From Octopus sinensis (Eukaryota), in NCBI RefSeq assembly GCF_006345805.1, contig NC_043011.1:27478464-27542463 (forward strand): 64,000 nt of DNA, given 5' to 3'. Below the pieces are notes generated by a model. That model saw nothing but the letters and a program-made list of their open reading frames with translations. It did no database searches and was not told the DNA's origin. A program made the position numbers and the translations under genes. Shown piece after piece: positions 53,800 to 64,000 of the stretch. How positions within the stretch are numbered: the stretch's first letter is position 1; every line of letters starts with the position of its first letter.

Positions 53800-55950
53800 A
53801 CAAGGGGTTTACAAGGCACAGTGCAGTTTGTCCATGTCCACATTGCTGCTTTCCTGAAATAAAGTAACTTTTGCACTCCGCGATCCATGGATACATCCAA
53901 TCTCCACGTGTATTCAAGATGCCATGCCAATCACCCACTTTCAATAAAGAGGGGGACATTCGTAGAAGGCTACTGGGAGCCTCATGAAATCAGACTGCGC
54001 TGCCTGTGCAGGCGTATAGATGTTTATTCTCGTGAAGATGTATCCTTCCCTGCTGATCACGTCCAACACCACCAGCTTACATTCTGGCTCCATGAACATG
54101 ATCCGTACCCCAATATTTAGCGCTTTCTGAAACAGTACAGCTATACCGCCAAACATTTGCGGTAGAGGAGAAACTATAAGCATGTAGCACCAAAAATGTG
54201 CACCAATTTCGTACCTTTGAGATTCTGGTGTCACTGATTGCCACCATATCAATACCTAGTGGTCTGAGGTTACCGAGCAGGTGGCTCTACATTCAGTACA
54301 ACACCAGGATATGTGCATTACCATCTCTTGTCTGGTATGTCTCCCATGTTCGACAACAGAGATGACACTGAGAAGGTCCACTTAACTATTTTCTCTGGGA
54401 GAATATAGGTTCTGCTTTCCCAGAGACTTGTGGTTGTTTCCATAAGTAGTTCTTTATAAGGTGTGTAATCAATATTGCTTCGCATCTCTCCCATGACTTG
54501 CAGGCGTGTTGTTATTTGTAGTTTCTGCTGTTTAGTTTTATAATTTTGCCATGTTGTGTGGTGGTGTGACGTAGTTATCATAAGCAAAGGCGTGTAACAA
54601 TGTGCATGTTTCATTATGTCCTTTTCATTTGTGCCTATTATCATGTAGCCGATGATGATCATTGTTTGTTCGGTTTGGAGGCGCCGTTTTCATTCGTATG
54701 GATTTTATTTTCATTTGTTGTTGTAGTGTTTGTAATGTTGGTAATCTTTCTAATGCTACAGGTTATGATATCCTATTTCTTTACTACCTACAAGGGGCTA
54801 AACACAGAGAGGACAAACAAGGACAGACAAACGGATTAAGTCGATTATATCGACCCAGTACGTAACTGGTACTTATTTAATCGACCCCGAAAGGATGAAA
54901 GGCAAAGTCGACCTTGGCGGAATTTGAACTCAGAACGTAGCGGCAGACGAAATACCGCTAAGCATTTCACCCAGAGTGCTATCGTTTCTTCCAGCTCGAT
55001 ATCCATTTATTTAAGATGTTCGGTGTTAGTCTAATGGAACCTTGCTTTCTAATCTTTCTCTCATCCTTGAGAAATATCATTTCTGGAGAGATTTTCAAAT
55101 TGATTTTCTCGGAATGCAAAATTTGAGTCTTAGAAATCTGAGGTGGAAGAGAGGCAGAACAATTGATATATTCCACGTGTGTGTTTATGTTCTATAGCAA
55201 CATTGACAGATGTTAGTAATGTCTCTTTAGGTTCAAGTGGTGTTGGCAAAACTTCTTTCTGGGTTGTGCTATTAGTGCCCGCTAATCTTGATTTTGAGTA
55301 TGTTTCTGTTGTCGATCTGTTTGTGTTGCTGTTACTGCTTTTGGTATTGCTGCTGTCGGTAGTGCTGTTGCTGATGCTATTGCTTTGGTAATAGCATATG
55401 AAAGAAAGTGGGACTTGATACCCCTTTCTTTTTCAGTAGGCAGAAACATCATAGATGTTTTGTGCTCCTGCAAATAGGGCCTCTCAGCCTTCTATCCTTA
55501 GCTACTATAAATAGCTGTAAGTAGATTGATCAAGACAAAGATGGTCTCTATAATTCTTGGTCTGTTTGAATTAATAACTCCATTCCTGTGCCTGACCAAA
55601 TTTCTTTTCCTCCTCACTGGATTTGGAAAGTATTTAATTTATTTTATATGCCGCATAATAAAGCCATCAACAAAAAGAAGTCTCTGGTGGCACCTCATCC
55701 ACGTTTTATTTTAAAACTTTTCGAAGGAGGTATTTGGACACATTTTCTTTCATCTCTGTTTAGTTTGAAACCTCATCCTAACTGTGCTAATACTCTGGTT
55801 ATAGCTCATTGATAATGTCTCTTTTGTTCGGTTAGGTTTGCAGAAGAGTTTGGTCAAAGTCTTGCATCTTTGTGACAGTTATACAAAATCTATGGCTTTA
55901 AGTCCAATATAAATCTCACCTATAGTTTTTCAAAAGCTAGCGTTGAGTTT
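53800..55950 (-). mobile_element. decayed L1/Tx1-like LINE (APE endonuclease and probable ORF1), interrupted by a SINE
   Basis: GGIAVLF...KLVVLDV...INIYTP...VGDWHGIL at 53880-54260 (APE motifs); weak zinc-knuckle-like PICRSTKHL near 55460. Confidence 0.65.
54774..54995 (-). mobile_element. SINE family C monomer
   Basis: match to the array units. Confidence 0.85.
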
Positions 55951-58900
55951 TTGGTCACAAAATTTAAGTTTTCAGAAGGCAGAATAGTAACAGTTATTTT
56001 AAAAGCCCACGTCATCCTGCAGCCCCTTCAGCGCCGCTCCCACTATCTGCACCAAACATTTACATCAAATCCGGAATCCCAGTAATTGAGAACAAAACGG
56101 ATTCGGACTGACGTAGGGGATTACTGGAAACATGCAAATGCTTTTGTACGCCCACATATCAAATGCATTTTGGGGGAGGGGTAAGTCGATTACATCGACC
56201 CCAGTACTCAGCTGGTACTTGTTTTATCGACCTCGAAAGGATGAAAGACAAAGTCGACCTTGCTACCCATGCAAGACTCCAGCAGTTCCAACAAAACGTG
56301 AGTTAAAAAATAGTAAGTCCTCAGAAAACTGCACCATTAAAATTCGTACTTCGGTGTTAAGTATCGTTGGCAGTGGGCCTATAAGACCTCTGACAACAAC
56401 TTGCTGCCCGCCCTTATAGAATTAGCCAAAGCAAATAAACTCGAGAGCTCTGAGAAGTAACATGTAAATAATAATAATAATTTCTGTTCTTAGGAATAAG
56501 ATACTCTGAAGTAGAACACAAATTATCAGAAAATGAAATTATAATTTCTGAAACATAAACAACTTAGTATCGCTGCGTGCATCAAGATTTATTTGAATTT
56601 CACTTTGACATTTTTACCATTGTCATTAACGTTATTGTGGTTTTCAACTTTTCCATTCAATTCTATTAAATGTAGGGATGAAATATTTTCCATGGATTAA
56701 GTGATGATACCAAATAGTGTTCTGCAAGAAAAAAAAAACATTGCTTTATCGATTCTTCGAACTTTTAATCAAACCAAAAATGTGCATAAAATCTCACGGT
56801 GACGAAACGTAATTGGAACTTCCTGTTCTGCATCAATCAGAAATCAGTGATCCGTTATTCAAAAGTGTTCTCTGGATTTTATAACTTAATCAATTCCACG
56901 CATTTCATTTCGGAGATATGGAAATTAGCAATTTGGAATTTCTGATTTTGAACAACAGCTGATACTTAGGTTGTATGCTGTCATGTTGCTTTGTATATTA
57001 TTTGTTATTGTATTAAGTTTTTAAATAGGATTTTAATTAATTTGGATTTGCTATAAGAGGTGCGTTATTGAAATGTGTTAGATTGTCTCACAGGGTATTA
57101 GCAAGTCCATTAGAAACATGTTACTGTTTTCGTATGATTTGTTATCAATATCTAGCTTAAATATTGACATCTTACATATCATCAGAGCAGTATAAATCTA
57201 CAGAGATTTGAAGAGTTGATATCATATAGTACCACAAGTGTTCATATAATTGTATTTGCAGGCGGTCTTTCAAATCTTAATCTTGCTTGAAATTTGTATA
57301 ATACTGTCAAAAGATACAAAGCAATAAATAACATGTCAAAAGCTGAATAAGTGTAGATGAATTAGTTATGTTACTGTAAAACTAACATTGACACCAAAGC
57401 TTCATTTTGTAGGGTTCGATTATTATAGATAATTAGCTGGTTAGAAAACGCATTTACATACTCACATACATACATAATACATATATACATAGATACACAC
57501 GTACACACACTCGCGCGTGCGCACACACACACATACATACATATATATATGTATGTGTATATATATATACGTATGTGTGTTGTGTGTAAGATAAAAAAAA
57601 TGTAAGTATGTTGTCGTGTGTATAATCAAATAATGTATGTAAATTAAGAAGTTATGATTGGGAATCTAATTGAAAATTCCATATTTCAGTATTATTCATA
57701 TATTTACAAAGACATGTGTCAAATAATTTTCTATTTAAATAAGCTGGTATAGGCTCGGCATAACTGAAACAAAAAGAAAAACGAGAAATAACAGAAACAA
57801 CAACAGAAAAACAGATATTGCAAATATTTGGTAATTGAATTGCTTTTGCACAAAATGAAGGCATTTTTGTCGTTTGGAATAGATTTTTCACTTCGTTTTA
57901 TATTTCCATTTTTTAGATTCAGTTTTAAATATGGACGTCCAATTTTCAACTAGTCCCTGGCGCTACTGACACATTGTTTTGTTAATTTTTCTGAATGGCT
58001 TTCTTTAAATAATAAGATATATAAAGTGAAAAACAAATACATTTTATAGAAATAATTTTATACAATGCCAGTAATTTCCTATACAAATAGTGTTTTCAAA
58101 TAATCAATAAAATGATAAAAAATAAAGGGGGGAAAACCGAAACTTTTCTTCACACAAACTACACGTCCTACAGCAAATATGAAATAAGTTTTTGGAAATG
58201 AATGTTACTCAAATAATCAGATAGTAGCTATTACCTAGAACTATATTCATTTCACTTAATTTGTTCGTCATCTGATTCCTTTTTCTCGTTCTTAAAATTT
58301 GTAACTAGTAAAAAAGCAACATTAGACCAATGAATTGAATTATACATATTTACACGCACTGACTGTTTTACCTGGCTTCCCTGTAGATAAAATTATGTTA
58401 GAGCGACATAGCAAAGTTTGTTTCAGTGAATTCTATTCCAGAAAACTGATGAGTAATTTTGTAAATCTGCCGACAACAATGAAACCTAACATACTATTGC
58501 AAATACGTTTATTCATCGAAGTTAATAGAACTCAATTATATTTAGATAACCTTTTGAATCACAAACTACAAGTGGAAATAAGAGAACTAATCTAAATAAC
58601 ATGTAACGTTTCTGAATAGGACTCTAACCTATTGTGGTTTGACTAGATGATAGGCTGTTAAATCATTCACCTAGTTACTCTTTTTCACGCCTGTTTACTA
58701 ATTATGAGAATGATAACTAAAGTTTACTCTTCTCGGAAACTATTCGCATTATCCATGAATGTATTATTTGCTGTTTCCTATTTATCGATGGGAAGAGATT
58801 ACGTCTAAGAATGTGAGTTGCGCGTACATGTTATTGACCAGGCGGGAAGAACGGGAAAAATCTCTGATGGATTTTTTCTACAGATGAAAGATGTTTTTAT

Positions 58901-60528
58901 TATTTAGAATTCGTTTTTCTGTTCTTTTTTTTCTTCCTTATACATTACCTTACTGTACAATCTACGATACGACTGAAGTTGTGTGAGCTAAGAGTCCTCA
59001 AGAAATTTGCTAGACACTTGATGAAGTCTGATTAGCGCCTGTCTCACAAGATTTATATGCAAAATTAAAAGAAACCGTAGCATACGTAAACTGGTGTGAC
59101 AACTACAGCCACTGTAGGGGTATATTAGGGCAATAATCATTATAACGGATGGTCTAATGAGTACCAGAAGACTGCTTAATTGTGATCTGTGGACTGAACG
59201 TAAATTGACATTTCGGACTAAACCATAGACATATATTTTTAGTTGAAGCGTGTTAGCTGGAATGCAAATTTCTCACATAGCAGCTAGTACTTAAAACAAT
59301 TTATATTAATTAGAGTTTAAAGATTAGTATATAGTCAAAAGCAGTAAAATGTAAGGTTTACACTGCATTATGTAGCCACCCGTTTCATGGCACTACTTTC
59401 ACTGCTATTCACGTTCAACATTTGCAACTGGAATGCAGAAATATTGCTTTAATACGAGAAATAGTTTCCCTGATCAGCAGATCAAAATTATGAAGATCGT
59501 AGTTAGTCAGAATGAGTGTGCGTACCTGAATGTCGGATAGGTGAATTACACTGATGTTTTGTTATATGTCCAGTAACTTGATGTTACTTGATGTCATAGC
59601 AGCTAATGTGCTTCCAAATCTTTCTCTGCTTCTATTCTTATTACAATGTTTTACAAATAATCATAGATAAATCTTTGGTTCATGTTTAGAGCATAAGAGA
59701 AAAGCAATCAGATATTTTTCAAGCGTCTGATTACTTATAGATACACCTGTAAAGGTTTTGACTTTACTAATAATTTATTTCCACGTCCTTCTGCAGGGAA
59801 ATTTTCTTTTGGATTTGACTTTGTAACCTACACTGGAAAACATCCAATTTTCCAAGGAAAAAATCCTTCTTAGCATTAATCATGTCACCACCACGACCAC
59901 CAAAATACTATGCTGATTTTCCCCTCCTACCTTCTCTTCTTTCAATTATTACTTCGCACCTTCTCGTTCATGTAATCATAGACATCATATATCATCTAGG
60001 GCAATAGTTGGCAAAGACAATGGAATCCTGATGAGTCTTCTTTCACAACGATTGACGTTAAGCAACCTCAAGGTTTAAATCCAATACATTATCAAACACC
60101 ATTATTTGTTGCAGACTTTGTAAACAATGTTAAACGCGAAATGCTATGGTTCACATCACTAATAGAATTTGGCGGGCTAAAATTTACTTGTCAACTTACT
60201 ACGATCAATAATACAGGCAGCTATAAAAGACACTTTACGTTTTGGATTTAACCGATCTCAAATGGGATGCATTTGAAGAATGTCATGTTCCCCCAGTAAC
60301 TTAATGAAGTTTTTTAAGATTGAAAAGATATATATGCAAATAGAAAATGTTTTTACTATGTATTTATTTAAATTTTTAAAATGAAAGCTTATTTAGTTAA
60401 CCTGAATAAAGAACGAATTGAAAACTGGTTTGTTCAAAATGATCCAAAATATATTCCGCTCTTATCTATGACAAAAATTGAAATTAAAATGATGATGATG
60501 ATGATCATCATCGTCGTCGTCGTCGTTG

Positions 60529-60636
<108 letters not shown>

Positions 60637-61311
60637 TATGTTTGACTTTTGCTTTATGTCTGTACAAGTTGGCTCCAAGTCTCACCCAGAGACCTTAAGA
60701 GACAACAGGTTGGAAGTTCACGTTGTTGTTATTCCTAGTGTGCCATATATTTAGGGTTTTTTTTGGTGTTGTACTAGTGAATGTCTAATACATAATTTTA
60801 AAAAAATTGTTTGTTTTAAACCTTGGGATTACATAGAGAGTATTTTGCGTAGGATATGAGCAGTTCCCATGAGCACTACCTTTTGAATTTCTGCCATTTT
60901 GGGGTTTCCTGGTATCTGAGTTAGGTAGCAATCAGCCCCTTTCGCTATCATTCCCAGGGCACCTATGACAACAGGTATTGTTTTAGTCTTCAGGTTCCAC
61001 ATTTTGCTGATTTCTATTTCAAGATCTTTATATTTGCTCAGTTTTTGGTAGGTCTTGACAGATACGTTTATATCGATTGGGACAGTCATATCAATGAGGA
61101 GGCATGTTCTTTGTCTGAAGTCTTTCAATATGATGACTGGCCTATTTACATCTATCTTTCTGTCAGTTTGAATGGTGAAGTTCCAGAGAAGTGAGATGAG
61201 GTCATTTTCAAGCACTGGAGGTGGATTTGTGTTCCCACCAGTTTTTTTCATGGGGCAAATCCAGGTTTTTGCAAATTACCCAGTGAATATATTGTGCAGC
61301 TCTATCATGCC

Positions 61312-61312
<1 letters not shown>
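60637..61312 (-). mobile_element. 5'-truncated R4/Dong-like LINE (restriction-like endonuclease + 3' UTR) within (TAA)n
   Basis: RHDRAAQYIHW...LLWNFTIQTDRKIDVNRP..I...LIDMTVP...KLSKYKDL; (TAA)n on both sides. Confidence 0.85.
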
Positions 61313-61402
<90 letters not shown>

Positions 61403-61419
61403 TATTATTATTATTATTA

Positions 61420-61493
<74 letters not shown>

Positions 61494-61494
61494 T

Positions 61495-64000
61495 TCATTA
61501 TCATTTCCTTTCAATTCTGTTTCCATTTCTTCCCGAGTGAGCTCTTGACATCTAAAGCAGAGAAACTCAGTGTATACATTAGTAGGCTATTAAAATACAC
61601 ACGCCAGATTGTTCATTTACAGTCATGTCACAGAGGAAAAGGGTAAGAAAGACAGAGAGAAAACTAAAAAAGTAAACGAAGAAAATAAAGAGGAAGAAGG
61701 GAAAGAAAATTCACAGCGACAATGCTCTTCTCAGGACGTGACGTACCCGTTAAGACAAATTTTTGCACTTTCTGCATGGATGGTAAGACAGGGATCATTT
61801 TAAAATAATTTTCAGTTTCTTTATTGATCATAAAGTGCCGAGATATTATGGGCACAGGGTATGATTATGTCAATGAATAAAGAAACTTTATTATTTTTGT
61901 CTTTCACAAGAATATCTGGTCTATTTGCTTTGATGGCACGGTCTGTACATACTGGGAAGTCCCAAAGAATCCTTACATTTCCTCCCTCAGTTACAGACTC
62001 AGTGTGGTGCTTATACCATTTGTCAGCAGTTTTGATTTTATAATGCCAATACATTATCCAACTTAGATACTGGCCAATTCTGTCATGTCTTGATTTGAAA
62101 TCTACAGGTGCTAAAACCTTACACCCAGAAATTAGATGGTTCACTGTTTCAATCCCATTGTTGCAGTATCGGCGCTTTAGGCCTACTCCATTTTTCCTCA
62201 CATTGGTTTGACAGTTCCGGGTCAATAAGCTCTGATCTTGGGCAGCCAAGATAAAGCCCTCACTCTCTGCCTTTAGCCTTGAGCTCCGTAGCCACTGATG
62301 AGTGTGCTTGTTGTCTACATCAGCTTGTTTGCAGCAGGCCACATATTTGCCTTGCAGAGGTTTTTGTTCCCACATATCAGCAAATTGTTCAAACGCATTT
62401 TGCTTTGCTACTAATCTCACTTTCCTTGCAACTTCAGTTGCTGCACTTCCATCATGCCTTTCAACCTGCACTTCCATCATGCCTTTCAACCTTTTGGCTA
62501 TCATTCATAACAGAATGAAGCTTCTTACATCTTTCGTGGTTTTCAACGAGATTTAGCATCCAGTCGTTAGATGCTTCAAGATATTTTGCCAGTCCAATTG
62601 TAGTGGTTTTGTGAGAGACTTCAAAATGGATCGAGCCTCAACCTCCTTGAGGTCTGCGTAGGTAAGGACGATCTGCATCTGTTTTTGGGTGGTGCATCTT
62701 ATTGCAAGTCAGCAACTTACGGATTTTCTTGTCGATCTTCTCTATTTCGCTCATATTCCAGTTCAACACATTGAAACTATAAATAACAACCGGAACTACT
62801 AAGGAATTTGTAGCTAACACCTTGTTACGTGCGTTTAACTCGGATTAAAGACTGCTCGAACTCGCCTGTAACATTCCTCCCTGACTTACTCATTCATGCG
62901 AGGTATTTATAAGTTTGTTCCTGCTCGAGTTCTTTTATGATGGTGACAACATCCAACACCAGTGAATGTGAGGTCTTCAATTTGACTTTCTAGAAAGTGG
63001 CCTTGGCACATTTATCAAGACCAAATTCCATCTCGATGTCATCACTGAATGCTTTTACAGCTCATTATCGTCTTTGCCATACAGGTTTAAGTAATCCATA
63101 AAAAATAGATGACTTATTTTCTTGTCGCCAATTTTATAACCATACCCTGTTCTGTTAAGTTTACTTGTAAGGAGTATTAGGGTTATGCAAAAAATTAAAG
63201 GTGAAAGGGAGTCACTTTGGAAAATGTCGCAGTTGATATTAATATTTTTGTAGTTAGTGCTCCTTTAGAGTGTTATAAGTGGAGATTCGTATTCCACACT
63301 GATATGTTGTTGCGTAGTAAGTGTGAAATAACAGGAGAAATTCTGAAGATATCCAGCGATTTCAAGATCCATGAATGCGGTATGCTGTCAAAGGCCTTTT
63401 TAAAATCAATCCATGCGGAACTAACATTTCTGCATTTGTTATGACAGTTCTCAACGATTGATTAAGAACTTGTTATGACAGAATTTGTTATGACAGTTCT
63501 CATGCGATTGATTAAGAATTGATCTTTTCGGCATCCTTTTTGTTCAGTGGGGAAAATATCGTTCTGTTCCATAAATTTGTATGCTTTCTCCAAGAGGATG
63601 TATATTTAAATTTTATACGTGTAAGATAGACATTTTTGGGGCCGACAGTTTGGAGGAAATTTGTTTTCATTATTTTTCAGGAGTAAATAATACATCTTGT
63701 TAACCAATCAGGTAATTTCATTGGACAACTGCACTAACTTTTCGTGTGCGCACCGGCGCGTTGCGAGCCAGAAATTTGCCACCCTATCATTACGAGAAGA
63801 TTTCCACTTATGAGCCGTCGTGAGTGTCATCCTTAGGTCTGCTATTGTAATGTCTTCCCATGCTTGTTCTGGCAAGTTTTGATAGGATTTTTCTCAGCGT
63901 CTAATCCAGTTTGTATTTTCATTGTAAGGCTTTTCATCGCAGCAGATATTTATCCAAAAGTTTTCAGCTTCTTCCATGAGGGGGGAGTCTTCAGCAGTTA
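61495..64000 (-). mobile_element. decayed R4/Dong-like LINE (RT, zinc knuckle, RLE); continues beyond the window
   Basis: IFQSDSLSPLIFC...SHLFFMDYL (RT motifs near 63090-63230); ETVNHLISGC; RHDRI; NRPDILVKD...FIDI. Confidence 0.85.

Noticed and set aside
60022-60062. ctgatga gtc...gac motif
   Set aside because: GAAA core is missing (gtta) and there is no helix III.

Overview
AT-rich, microsatellite-dense eukaryotic DNA. The SINE families and repeat content point to an octopus (coleoid cephalopod) genome, but this is inferred, not confirmed. No host protein-coding gene could be supported. The window holds many tRNA-derived SINEs, Tc1/mariner and hAT-type MITE relics, Helitron-like elements, and decayed Tx1-like and R4/Dong-like LINEs. 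The main structure is a cluster of Penelope-like elements (PLEs; RT + GIY-YIG) at 33.9-47.7 kb. It includes a young, apparently full-length two-ORF PLE (37387-43417). Its RT ORF has no ATG before the first conserved motif and overlaps ORF1 at a U UUU UUA heptamer that is also a splice acceptor. The PLE termini carry minimal hammerhead ribozyme (HHR) motifs; three families share a U3-A8 covariation. Fused to the end of the full-length PLE is an ORF-less 445-bp unit with an 86-bp terminal redundancy and a canonical HHR. This is a candidate retrozyme-like RNA co-inserted by PLE machinery. All ribozyme folds were derived by eye and need computational and biochemical testing.
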